Assembly: GCA_037146775.1 (NCBI GenBank)
Contig: JBAWWL010000009.1
Span: 68,575-132,574 of the forward strand
Direction: 5' to 3'
DNA length: 64,000 nt
Source of the DNA: Candidatus Omnitrophota bacterium
GTDB lineage: Bacteria > Omnitrophota > Gorgyraeia > Duberdicusellales > 4484-171
The notes under the pieces were generated by a model. It searched no databases. It was not told the DNA's origin and saw only the letters and a program-made list of their open reading frames with translations. This document shows, piece by piece, positions 9,904 to 19,523 of the stretch; within the stretch, counting starts at the first letter, position 1, and each line of letters starts with the position of its first letter. The position numbers and the translations under genes were made by a program.

Positions 9904-10608
9904 CTATTTTCTAGAGCGCTTCTTATAAAAGTCCTCTACTACCTTTAGGGCCTGAACAGGAGTATCCACAATGGTAAATAAATCGAGGTTCACTCTCAAT
10001 AAGGTTCCCTCGTCAACTATCTGTTTTAGCCAGGAAACTAAACCTTCCCAATAGCTTGAGCCGATTAATATTACGGGGATAGAATCAATACGATTAGTTT
10101 CGACCAAAGCCAGAGCCTCGAAAAGTTCATCCAGCGTGCCGAACCCTCCGGGAAAAACTACGAAAGCACAGGAATATTTGGTGAAAATAACCTTGCGTAT
10201 AAAGAAATAGCGAAATTCTAAAAGATAATTTACGTATGGATTTGGCTTCTGCTGCTCGGGAATCAAAATATTCATTCCTATAGAAAGGCCTCCAGCCTCA
10301 TACGCCCCCTTGTTGGCTGCTTCCATAATACCAGGGCCGGCGCCAGTAATAATACCATAGCCTTTCTTAGAAAACATAGAAGCGCAGGTATAGGCAAGTT
10401 TGTAATACTTCTGGCCGGGAGCGAGGCGTTTTGAACCAAAAAACGAAACGCCTTTTTTAAGGCCGGCCAAAGCCTCAAAAGCGTCGACAAACTCGCTCAT
10501 AATCCGAAATACCCGCCAAGGATCGGACTTCACGAAATCACCGTCATCGATGGGACGTAAACCGTTTATTTTGGAAAATATTTTCTTGTTCATTTTTTGT
10601 TTTTTCAT
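9904..10608 (-). CDS. LOG family (TIGR00730-type) Rossmann-fold nucleotide phosphoribohydrolase
   Basis: TGAGPGIMEAANKGA, FFIRKVIF, PGGFGTLDELFE. Confidence 0.92.
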   Translation of the reverse strand: MKKQKMNKKIFSKINGLRPIDDGDFVKSDPWRVFRIMSEFVDAFEALAGLKKGVSFFGSKRLAPGQKYYKLAYTCASMFSKKGYGIITGAGPGIMEAANKGAYEAGGLSIGMNILIPEQQKPNPYVNYLLEFRYFFIRKVIFTKYSCAFVVFPGGFGTLDELFEALALVETNRIDSIPVILIGSSYWEGLVSWLKQIVDEGTLLRVNLDLFTIVDTPVQALKVVEDFYKKRSRK

Positions 10609-10934
10609 ACCACAAACCTATCCGACACATTGCTGATAAAAGGTATACGGGCCATTTTCCCGGTTAAGGAATAATAAATGCCGTAAAGGGAAAGAAAAAG
10701 AAAAACGATTAAACCGGCGATATAAAATATTTTTCCTACCCAGGGAATCAAAGAAAGCACACCAAAGGCGAATTCCCCCACAAAAAGCGCGATGCCTTGC
10801 CGGGCGTGAAAATGGGAAAAACGGTTATCTTTCTTCCAAATAAAAGTTAAAATCCAGAGAAAAAATACGTAAGATAAAGCGGCAAACGGCGCACCGTCCT
10901 TTATTTCATCCTCTGTTAAAATTAAATCATCCAT
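10605..10934 (-). CDS. DUF4870/Tic20-like membrane protein
   Basis: AALSYVFFL...FSHFHARQGIALF...RIPFI. Confidence 0.75.
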   Translation of the reverse strand: MDDLILTEDEIKDGAPFAALSYVFFLWILTFIWKKDNRFSHFHARQGIALFVGEFAFGVLSLIPWVGKIFYIAGLIVFLFLSLYGIYYSLTGKMARIPFISNVSDRFVV

Positions 10935-10957
10935 AGCTAACCAAACTCTAAACCGGT

Positions 10958-11590
10958 ATCGTCGCTAGTATAGCGTATGTCGTATATAGTAAATAAATTC
11001 AAATACCAAAGCACAAATGACAAGTAAACTCAAAACTCAAAGCGTAAATCTCAAAACAGTTTTGCGTTTTAAGTTTTTACTTTTGAGTTTTATTCAATTT
11101 GTCATTTGGATTTTGACATTTGTCATTCCCTTCTCTACGTTTTGTCATTTGAAATTACACATATTATACTTTTTTTCTGCGGAAAAGTAAACGATTGTTT
11201 ATTTATGTTAATAGGTTAATAGGTTGATAGGCAATATGGAGAAAGTATGTCGTATGTAGTACGGAGTATATCGTTAAGAAAGCGGTGGGACGGGAGAAAA
11301 ATTAAAGAATTAACGAATTAAAATATTAACGCATTATTATATATTGTAAACGTAAAGCTAAAAACTTAAAATGTAAAATTGTTTACGCATCGTATATAGT
11401 ATGTCGTATATAGTGAAAACGTCTTACGGTTGCGCAACTCGTCACGGTTTACGTCTTACTTATCAAGACGAATAACGTCCGACGTCCAACGAAACGAGCA
11501 TCGCCCGCTTCGCTGAAGCTTTAGCGAGGCGAGTAACCGTTACCTCTATTCGATTTTCACTACATACTATGTACTATACGTCCATAGTGG
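10958..11590. repeat. Large composite intergenic block of several inverted degenerate repeat families plus a GC hairpin
   Basis: CAAATGACAA / TTGTCATTTG arms around AAAACTCAAAA-type arms; ATAGGTTR repeats; AATTAAMG repeats; TAGTGAAAA...TTTTCACTA arms enclosing the GC element at 11497-11544. Confidence 0.75.
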
Positions 11591-11602
11591 GTAGAAAATA
11601 AG

Positions 11603-11634
11603 AAGCCCTGTTACGATTACTCGTAACAGGGCTT
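11603..11634 (-). terminator. Rho-independent terminator after the beta-barrel gene
   Basis: AAGCCCTGTTACG-attact-CGTAACAGGGCTT perfect stem. Confidence 0.85.
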
Positions 11635-11658
11635 TGAAATTAACTACGATTTAACTAC

Positions 11659-13149
11659 TTAGAAGTTTAAGTTGATTCCGGCTCTTGCTGAATAGGCTAC
11701 TCCGTCGTTGTTCTCATTGAAATAATCGCCAGGAATAAACCATGCGCCGGTTAATTTAAGCTGTACATCTTCGGTGTAATCATAGGTCGCATAGGCATCA
11801 ACTTCGCTCGCAACATAATCTTCATCAAGCTTAACAGAATATAAATTTGATCTTGCAGGGCCGCTTACCGGCTTGAACCAACCATAAGCGCCAGAATCTT
11901 GGGCTTCGGTATCCTTCTGGGCTTGTGCTAACCAAGTGTAATTTAAGCCTACGGTAATATCTTCTCTGGGCATCAATGAACCACTGACAGTAATTACATG
12001 ACAGTTGGTGTTAGCAAAAAGCACATTGATGATTTCGCCCTGGGTCTGGTCTTCAAATAATGTCTGCCATTCATTGTAAGTACTCTCGCCAGCATAATGG
12101 CTAGAACTATTACCGCTGTTTGCATCATCATCGCCAGACTTGAAGGTGTAAATAAAACCCATTTTCGGGTTGTATTTGGTCATAAATCTGTACTCACCAT
12201 ACACCTGAGCTGCGCCTGCACTTAAGTGTCTGTATTCGTTGATTCCGGTAGCATCTAAATCACCGAGACTGCCGCCTGCGGGCAAAACTACATCGCCAAA
12301 CTGATAACCAGCTTCGCCGCCTAAGGTCAATTTTTCAATTGGGTTAAACTGCATTCTGCCACCTAAGGTGTATACCACTGACTGATTTTCTTTGGGCTGG
12401 AATAGATCATCGCCATTTGCAGAGCGCGCAATATTGTGCGGATTGGTCACTGCCCAGAAATAACCTTCAGTAATACCATCCAAAGAACCCCACTGATAAG
12501 CAGCGTTCATACCAAACATGTTAACATCGTCATACTTAAAACTATCACCTTCAACCGGCTTGGCAGCAACCAAATCAACAGTAAAAGGTGAGAAATCAAA
12601 TACTGCTCGCGCAGCATCAAATGATTTTCTTAGCGACATATCACCCATTACTCGGTTGTTGTAAGTAGTTCCACCCTGAGTTACTTGTTCGCTAGGTGTT
12701 GCTTCAGAAGAAGTCTGATTGGTATCAGGATCGCCGACAATAAACGCATTGCCGTAACGTAAGTTCTGACGGCCAACGGTGATAGTCAACGGCTGATACA
12801 AGAATTCCTTCATATGAATATATGCCAAATCTAAATCGATGTCAGTATCGGAATTGCTTTCTGCGCCCCATAATCTTTCATTGATCAAACGTACGGTGCC
12901 GGAAACATTTTCCGTCAAATCAGCGTCAAAGCGAAGCCTGACTTGCGAAGTAAAATATTCCTGGGCATCCATGAGATTTTCCATACTTGATCCACCATCT
13001 GAAGTCTTTTTCGCTTCCATGCTCAAGTTTCTGGCTACGCCTTGCATGGCGATATCTCCGCTCACCTTAATATTCTGTACGGCAGCGAAGGCAGCACCTG
13101 AAAGTGCGACAGCCATAACTGCTGTCAAAATAATCAATTTTCTACTCAT
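11659..13149 (-). CDS. Outer-membrane beta-barrel, alginate-export (AlgE-like) family
   Basis: Signal peptide, DLAYI...TVGRQNLRYGNAFIVGD, FDAAR, C-terminal ...GINLNF. Confidence 0.8.
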   Translation of the reverse strand: MSRKLIILTAVMAVALSGAAFAAVQNIKVSGDIAMQGVARNLSMEAKKTSDGGSSMENLMDAQEYFTSQVRLRFDADLTENVSGTVRLINERLWGAESNSDTDIDLDLAYIHMKEFLYQPLTITVGRQNLRYGNAFIVGDPDTNQTSSEATPSEQVTQGGTTYNNRVMGDMSLRKSFDAARAVFDFSPFTVDLVAAKPVEGDSFKYDDVNMFGMNAAYQWGSLDGITEGYFWAVTNPHNIARSANGDDLFQPKENQSVVYTLGGRMQFNPIEKLTLGGEAGYQFGDVVLPAGGSLGDLDATGINEYRHLSAGAAQVYGEYRFMTKYNPKMGFIYTFKSGDDDANSGNSSSHYAGESTYNEWQTLFEDQTQGEIINVLFANTNCHVITVSGSLMPREDITVGLNYTWLAQAQKDTEAQDSGAYGWFKPVSGPARSNLYSVKLDEDYVASEVDAYATYDYTEDVQLKLTGAWFIPGDYFNENNDGVAYSARAGINLNF

Positions 13150-13475
13150 TACTGTCCTCCTTTCAATCCTTAATTACTACAAACAAAATACGCCTATTTA
13201 TGTCCACAAGGTTTTAATCCTTGCAATTACCAATCTATAAGTTATATCATCCACGTTTTTGACAATCTTGGCTTTCTTTTTAATTCCTCACCTCCCCCTT
13301 GGCCAGATTAAGATCGTCTGTGAATGGTATAACCGAGTATTTCTTCATTGAGAAAGAGCTACTTATCTTTTAACAAAAATTCACTCTCTTGTCAAGAATT
13401 TTATGAAAAAAAATGCCAAATTTACATATATATGGGGTTTATTCATCTCTTCTCCACAACATGTAGGCTTTTCGG

Positions 13476-16400
13476 CTAAATAAGATAGACGTCAATACGC
13501 TCGATTTGGCGGTTACGCACAGCAATAGCTAAACTCGAGCTAACAGTATCGCCTTCTACAATATGATTCTTGCCGTCTTGAACAAGCACCACCCTGGACA
13601 CCTTACAACCATCCTTAAAGGTGTCTTTACGCTTAGGATTATGATAGACCACCAGGGTTGAAGAAAATAAATTAAAAGCGAAACAATTCTTATCAAGGGT
13701 TACCACTTTTTCCTTAAAGGTTATGGTTCTATCTTGGGTAGTAAAAAAATCCGCTTTCAGAGTAGGTGAAAATTTAATGTTAAGACTGTTGTCTTTCGCG
13801 ATAAAGAATGGCTCCTTGCCTAAACAGAGCAGCATCCAAATATTGAGGATCTCTACAGTTGCTCCGCTTAAGCGGGCAACAAAACCCTTACCCCATAAAC
13901 TCTTGTCAAGGTAAGCGCTACTGACAATGAAAGAAGAACTCTCCAAAGTATTTCTTCCGTACGTTTCAGGATCAAAGAAGCACACACAACAATTATGAAA
14001 ATCTTTGAAGAATTCTTCGTGGAGTCCGGTTTTAAGCATTTCCAGAAGATACTTATATTCCATATGCAGCCAAATCGACTCATTCTCAAGCCACCCTGGC
14101 ATAAAGATACGGCTCCTGCCTATCTCAAGCGGCTGGCTAGCCAAAGAAGCGTTCAAGCGGTACATCTTCAATTGCTCGTCAAAAAGCTCAGAAGTACGCA
14201 CGGCATGATACGTGCTGCGCTTTTTTTCTACACGCAAACAATGCACCGGGCCTTCTAAAAAATAAGGTAGCGGCGATTTCGTAAATTCTAAAGGCATCAG
14301 CTCCTTTTTCGTAAGATGATACTTCTTTACCTTATAAGTAAAATAGGCGTGGCAAAGGCCGTCACTACTATCTTTGGCTTTCTCGATACCAATAGTTAGT
14401 TTCGCCAACACATCCGCTAAAAAAGATTCAAGTTCCGCTAACTTTAATTCAGTGGTCACGCCGCTTATAGTAAAAAAAGTGCTGCGACGAAATTGCTCTT
14501 TTACGGTATTGGCTTTATCCCACCAGATAATGTCGCGGCTATTCTTTTCACTTATAAGATAATTTTTTAATAAAATCCGCAGGCGTTTAAAAAATAAAGC
14601 GTTCTCCTGAGCACAGGTCATCTTCTTCACGCCCTCTGCTTTTAAATGTGTGATTGCCTCCTGAAGCATAATACAGGCTCTTTTAAGCTCTAAGGTCTCG
14701 CACAAAGAAGAACCAAAAAGCGCAGGCAAACCGTTAAGCGAATCGCACCAGCCGGGCTTATCCGCCTCCATCTCAATGCCAATACCTTCGGGGTCAAGGG
14801 TAGCCAGTTTATTTAAAATTAAACTAAAAATTTTCTCCAAAAGTGTAGTTTTGTAAATCCTTCCTTTTTTATCGCGTAAAAAATTTCCGTTGCTGAGCCG
14901 TTTTTCTACTATCTCTTTCTTTTCAGCTACCTCCTCCACGCTATGCCACTGATAAACCGTATCGTCTTTTAAATGATACCGCCGTCTTCTTTCTTTTACC
15001 CGGTATTCGTCATCCCAAAAATAATATTCGCGGCTTTGATAAAGTTCGCGCAATTTGTCCGGATAGAAATAAAGATAATTTTCGATTAAATCCAAATTAT
15101 AACGCCAGTGGTCTATCCAGTAACCTTCGCCATGAGAAGCAAAAGGCTGACGGCTAGCCTCCTCTACTAGGCGTTTTACAAAAACTTCCTTGTCTTTAAC
15201 TTCCAGGCCTTCCTCCTTAAGCACTTTAAAACACTCTCCCAAGTGAAATCCGCTGGTCAAAAGATGTAGAAGCTTTTTATTGTTAATACGGAATTCCTTC
15301 AAGATTTTACCTGCAGTCTTGGATTTAAGAAACAATCTTTCGCCTTTAACCACCAAAGGATTATAGCCGTCAATTTTTATCAAATTAAGAAAATACACAA
15401 TGTTAGTTTTACCGATACGCGGATTAAAGAATAAATCTATCCTGCGGTTTTGGTTGATATCGCGGTAATTTGCCTCTCCTTCGCTAAAATAAGAAGGCGA
15501 TAGCTTAAATTTATTGTAGTCCCTCTCAAGGTCGCCATGCTTACGGGAAAAGATGTAGTAGATATGTTTGTCATCAAAGGTGTAGGGGTAGCCTCCACGA
15601 AGAACGTTATCCATATAAGAATTCTGCACGTATTCGTCAAACTCTTTATACCCGGAAACAACCAAAGCGTGATTTTTAAGTTTTGTAATTAAGCGCTCGT
15701 TCTCTTTTTCTTTATCTTGAATAAATTGGGCATCGATACCGGCAACAAAATCTTTAATCAGCTGTGACTTAAACGACGAGCCGAAAATACTGTAAAAGTC
15801 ACGGGTCTCGCCGGCAGATAACTTCCAGGAGAAATGGCTGAAAGCACACGGAGTTTTTCCGCAATCAATCTGGCTAAGAGGCACTTTAAAACCTTCTTCA
15901 TAAAAACGTACGGGAAAAGAAAATGAAGTGTCCTGGCCAAAGAGTGCGCTGGGGTCAACAATAAGATAAGGAGCAACTGTCTTACCTGCTTCGGGATAAA
16001 AGGCGTAATTAAAGTTAGCGCCATCAACATAACGAGTCTGGCTTGAATCTTTAGGGTCGACAATCAGACGAAAGGTGGCAAGTTTACCTTCCGCCTTAGA
16101 ATGCATCCACGCTTCAAGCGTACGCGCCAAGTCTTTAAGTAAAACGTGCGATAGACCAAACGGCACTATACGCGGGATGCCGTCAAGCACTTCAAGATCA
16201 ATATCTTTATCGGAAATATTTTTTATCGAAAGAATTCTCACGAGGCTGCCCACTGGTGTGGTAGGAAGCGTAAAATAACGCACACGAAAACTTAAACCAA
16301 GCTTATAATTTGTTTTTCTAATCTCGAAAGAATGGCTGCGAATTACCATTTCCTCTTCCCGCTCATAATCGGAAATGACCCTGAACGGTTCATAGGTTGT

Positions 16401-16667
16401 TTCGTGATTAATTTTTAAGAAGGTACGAAAACCCAGCAAAGGAGCTAAAGAATACGCTTTGTTAGCGGGAAAAAATTCAGCGATAGAATGATCCTTGTCT
16501 TTACTTCCAAAACTGATAATGCCTTGAGCGCGGTTTACGTAGAAAACCCACATTGGCACACCCCAGGCTCCGGAGACACCCGGAAGAAAGTTCGAGAAAG
16601 GATGTTTGCTGTTATAATTTTTTATAATAAAACTGCCGTCTTCCTGAAGCATATAGTCTTTATCCAT
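13476..16667 (-). CDS. Glycoside phosphorylase, GH161-like (beta-1,3-glucan phosphorylase; often annotated as cellobiose phosphorylase)
   Basis: FSNFLPG..G..GVPMWVFYVNR, FSRKHGDLERDYN, EMEADKPGWCDSLNGLP, GWLENESIWLHMEYKY. Confidence 0.8.
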   Translation of the reverse strand: MDKDYMLQEDGSFIIKNYNSKHPFSNFLPGVSGAWGVPMWVFYVNRAQGIISFGSKDKDHSIAEFFPANKAYSLAPLLGFRTFLKINHETTYEPFRVISDYEREEEMVIRSHSFEIRKTNYKLGLSFRVRYFTLPTTPVGSLVRILSIKNISDKDIDLEVLDGIPRIVPFGLSHVLLKDLARTLEAWMHSKAEGKLATFRLIVDPKDSSQTRYVDGANFNYAFYPEAGKTVAPYLIVDPSALFGQDTSFSFPVRFYEEGFKVPLSQIDCGKTPCAFSHFSWKLSAGETRDFYSIFGSSFKSQLIKDFVAGIDAQFIQDKEKENERLITKLKNHALVVSGYKEFDEYVQNSYMDNVLRGGYPYTFDDKHIYYIFSRKHGDLERDYNKFKLSPSYFSEGEANYRDINQNRRIDLFFNPRIGKTNIVYFLNLIKIDGYNPLVVKGERLFLKSKTAGKILKEFRINNKKLLHLLTSGFHLGECFKVLKEEGLEVKDKEVFVKRLVEEASRQPFASHGEGYWIDHWRYNLDLIENYLYFYPDKLRELYQSREYYFWDDEYRVKERRRRYHLKDDTVYQWHSVEEVAEKKEIVEKRLSNGNFLRDKKGRIYKTTLLEKIFSLILNKLATLDPEGIGIEMEADKPGWCDSLNGLPALFGSSLCETLELKRACIMLQEAITHLKAEGVKKMTCAQENALFFKRLRILLKNYLISEKNSRDIIWWDKANTVKEQFRRSTFFTISGVTTELKLAELESFLADVLAKLTIGIEKAKDSSDGLCHAYFTYKVKKYHLTKKELMPLEFTKSPLPYFLEGPVHCLRVEKKRSTYHAVRTSELFDEQLKMYRLNASLASQPLEIGRSRIFMPGWLENESIWLHMEYKYLLEMLKTGLHEEFFKDFHNCCVCFFDPETYGRNTLESSSFIVSSAYLDKSLWGKGFVARLSGATVEILNIWMLLCLGKEPFFIAKDNSLNIKFSPTLKADFFTTQDRTITFKEKVVTLDKNCFAFNLFSSTLVVYHNPKRKDTFKDGCKVSRVVLVQDGKNHIVEGDTVSSSLAIAVRNRQIERIDVYLI

Positions 16668-16691
16668 ATTTCCTCCTGTAGAATTTTATAA

Positions 16692-16855
16692 ATCAGAAGT
16701 CAGAGATCAGAGGTCAGAGATCAGAAATCAGAGGTCAGAGGTCAGAAGTCAGAGATCAGAGGTCAGAAGTTAGAGGTCAGACACCCTCTGTCTTCTGTCT
16801 TCTGTCGTCTGTCGTCTGTTCTCTGTCTTCTGTCATCTGTCTTCTGTCATCTGTT
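16692..16855. repeat. Inverted heptamer array (RTCAGAR)n / (NTCTGTC)n
   Basis: About 13 units of atcagar/gtcagar followed by about 10 units of ttctgtc/atctgtc. Confidence 0.9.
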
Positions 16856-16857
16856 TA

Positions 16858-17499
16858 TCATTCATACAAATCTAATAATTCCTTCAACGAAGAGATTACT
16901 TTTTTATCTTTATATTTCTTTACCGCAGACAGAGAACTCGAGCCGCCCCGGATAAATACAGCATCCACACCGGCGCGACAAGCAGTTTCTAAATCAATGT
17001 CCATATCTCCCACGAAAACAGCGTCTTCTTTCTTAAGTTTAAATCTTCTTAGTATTGTTTTCAATATCTTAGGGTGCGGTTTATTGCTGTGAATGTCGTC
17101 AGCACAAAGAACCATATCGAAATATTTATCGATACTGCGTGCTTTTAAAATTACTTCGGTAAACGCGTGTGGCCGGTTAGAAGCTATGGCCAGAATTTTC
17201 TTTTTTCTCTTTAAAGCAGAAAGTACGCCTTTGACGGAAGGCGCAAGGCGCGAATACTGTACAAGCGCTTGATGATGATGCGCGCGATAAATAACTAAGG
17301 CAGCTTTGAAGTTTTTTTTCGCAAAGAAAGTTTCCATAAAGGCTCTATCGCCCCGGCCAACTTTCTTTTTAGCTTCCAAATAACTTATCGCGCTTAATCC
17401 TAACTGCCTACGCGTAAAGTTCAAGCTTTTCTCTATCGCCCGATAAGCGTCGGCTAATGTCCCGTCTAAATCAAAGATGAAAATCTTTTTTGTTTCCAC
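16858..17499 (-). CDS. HAD-superfamily hydrolase (phosphoglycolate phosphatase-like)
   Basis: FDLDGTL, ASNR, KPHP, VGDMDID. Confidence 0.9.
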   Translation of the reverse strand: METKKIFIFDLDGTLADAYRAIEKSLNFTRRQLGLSAISYLEAKKKVGRGDRAFMETFFAKKNFKAALVIYRAHHHQALVQYSRLAPSVKGVLSALKRKKKILAIASNRPHAFTEVILKARSIDKYFDMVLCADDIHSNKPHPKILKTILRRFKLKKEDAVFVGDMDIDLETACRAGVDAVFIRGGSSSLSAVKKYKDKKVISSLKELLDLYE

Positions 17500-17527
17500 C
17501 GCAATACAAAAGTATTATGAAATCTTA

Positions 17528-18064
17528 TCAGGATTGTATTCGACTACAAATACCGGCCGCAACCAGCGCTTTCAGGGTATCACCTACCACGAAAGGTAAA
17601 ACGCCGGCCGAGAAAGCCGTCTGAGGAGAAAAATGATGCAGCCACACCAACCACATTGCGCCAATAGAAAAATAAACGACGCCGGCTAAAAGAAAAAAAA
17701 CAAAATTGCTTACCCACGATTTATTCGCTCTCAAGAAATGCGGAAAAATAAGAGCGACGATAAAAAAGCCGATAAGATAACCACCCGTAGGGCCCAGAAG
17801 ATACGCTAAGCCTCCTCCGGCATTGGTGAAGATAGGCAACCCCGCCACTCCACATAGAATATACAACACTTGAGAGAAAACCGATTTATTTTTTAGAAAG
17901 ATAATACTTAAAAAAAGCACCAAAGTTTGCAGCGTAAGCGGAACCGGTGTAAAAAAAAGAGGGATTCGTACGTAAGCGGATGCTGCCATCAAAAAAGTAA
18001 ACATAAAAATGAGACCAATGTCTATCACCAACGACTGTTTTTGACTATATACACATACGCGCAT
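17528..18064 (-). CDS. bioY: Biotin transporter BioY
   Basis: IPLFFTPVPLTLQTL, GLPIF, GPTGGYLIGF, PFVVGDTLK. Confidence 0.93.
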   Translation of the reverse strand: MRVCVYSQKQSLVIDIGLIFMFTFLMAASAYVRIPLFFTPVPLTLQTLVLFLSIIFLKNKSVFSQVLYILCGVAGLPIFTNAGGGLAYLLGPTGGYLIGFFIVALIFPHFLRANKSWVSNFVFFLLAGVVYFSIGAMWLVWLHHFSPQTAFSAGVLPFVVGDTLKALVAAGICSRIQS

Positions 18065-18218
18065 GTAAACCTCCTTATATACAGAAACTACTGCTATTTT
18101 TATATCGATTAACGATCTCTGCTTCCTTATGCTTCTTATGTGGTATTACGAAAAGCTACCAAAGGAAAGTATTTTAAAGCATATTTTTTAAAAAGGCAAG
18201 GAAATTATCCGATCCCGT

Positions 18219-19127
18219 CTATGCTTTTACGAAAGGTTTTATGCGGAAGAACTGTTTGATCTTGGTTATTTTTATGGCCTTACGCAGTAACGCACCTTTT
18301 TCGAGCATCTGCTTTTCCCCCATCTCTACCAGCTCTTTTGCCCGGTCAAAATCTCCCCAGGGAAAACTTTCCAGGTCCGGAGAAAGAAGAAAATCTATCC
18401 CCATAAGACTATCTTCTATGATATGACGGTAACGTATTCTATCCGCTAAATTCATCACGTCCATGGCATTGCGCACTTGAGGAAAATGGTAGCCGGTACT
18501 TTCTAAGTTAATACCGATCACAAAGTCAACTTTTTCCCTGATCGCTTTACTGGGAACCGGCATAAGCACGCCGCCGTCAATGAGTAGTTTGTCTCCTATC
18601 TGTAGCGGTGGGAACAGGCCCGGATAGGCTGACGAAGCGAGAACGGCCTGATACAAGAGGCCGTCATTCACGCAGACGCTTTCTCCCTTCATAAGGTCTA
18701 CCGCGGTAGCGATAAAAGGAATTTTGCAGTCCGCAAAAGTAGCGTCTTCGAAAAAATGCCTAAATATTTTTAAGAAAGCTTTAAGATCGACCAGCGCGGG
18801 CAAAGCAATACGCAAATTCCAGATATAAAATTCTTTTAAAATACTGAAAGACTTTTCCAGAAATGCCGCTTTTTCTGCAATATTGGTCTGCGAAAAAGTA
18901 TTCTTTAGAATTGCCAGTTCCTTTTGGTGTTTTTGGAGAATAACAAAAATGTTCTCTTCTACGTAGCGGACATCGCCCTTAAGCGCATAGAGGCCTCCAA
19001 TAACCGCACCGATGGAAGTTCCCGAAACAATATGCACGGGTATTTCCATTTTCTCAAGCGCCCTTAAAACCCCAACATGGAAAAACCCTCTCGCTACTCC
19101 TCCGCCCAAAGCAAGGCCAATCTTCAT
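18219..19127 (-). CDS. Patatin-like phospholipase
   Basis: LGGGVARG, GTSIG, DGG motifs. Confidence 0.92.
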   Translation of the reverse strand: MKIGLALGGGVARGFFHVGVLRALEKMEIPVHIVSGTSIGAVIGGLYALKGDVRYVEENIFVILQKHQKELAILKNTFSQTNIAEKAAFLEKSFSILKEFYIWNLRIALPALVDLKAFLKIFRHFFEDATFADCKIPFIATAVDLMKGESVCVNDGLLYQAVLASSAYPGLFPPLQIGDKLLIDGGVLMPVPSKAIREKVDFVIGINLESTGYHFPQVRNAMDVMNLADRIRYRHIIEDSLMGIDFLLSPDLESFPWGDFDRAKELVEMGEKQMLEKGALLRKAIKITKIKQFFRIKPFVKA

Positions 19128-19177
19128 CTATACTACCCCCTCACTCAACATTCCTGTGCATTAATTGACTGGAAACA

Positions 19178-19209
19178 AAAAAAAGGCAGACCCCTATAAA
19201 GGCCTGCCT
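19178..19209 (-). terminator. Rho-independent terminator
   Basis: AGGCAG(A)CC / GGCCTGCCT stem followed by a U-tract on the minus strand. Confidence 0.65.
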
Positions 19210-19227
19210 CAAAAATTCACCGCTAAA

Positions 19228-19446
19228 CTATTCCTTAGCAACCGCAACAGTAATAATACCTACCAGAATTAAAAATAATCCGACACACCCCTTTACTATC
19301 ATCAGCAAGGGATGAATCCAGCGGATGACCGCAGCCAAGCCCAGGGCGACAAAAAGTAAACCCAAGACTATCTTACTCACCATTTTTACCGCGTCTGAAG
19401 ACTTTTTCCCTTCCGCCACGTTTTGAGTTTTTACCTCTTCTGCCAT
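19228..19446 (-). CDS. Small two-TM membrane protein
   Basis: AAGGAGG RBS; two hydrophobic segments. Confidence 0.7.
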   Translation of the reverse strand: MAEEVKTQNVAEGKKSSDAVKMVSKIVLGLLFVALGLAAVIRWIHPLLMIVKGCVGLFLILVGIITVAVAKE

Positions 19447-19485
19447 ACTACACCTCCTTAAGTATCGTTACCACTATTCTCTAAA

Positions 19486-19514
19486 ATAATATATAATTTT
19501 GAAGCGTTTGTCAA
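19486..19514 (-). promoter_or_regulatory. Putative sigma70 promoter
   Basis: TTGACA-17 nt-TATTAT on the minus strand. Confidence 0.55.
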
Positions 19515-19523
19515 TACATCTCT

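Noticed and set aside
16692-16855. Possible CRISPR array
   Set aside because: Units are degenerate 7-mers with no unique spacers, and there are no cas genes in the window.
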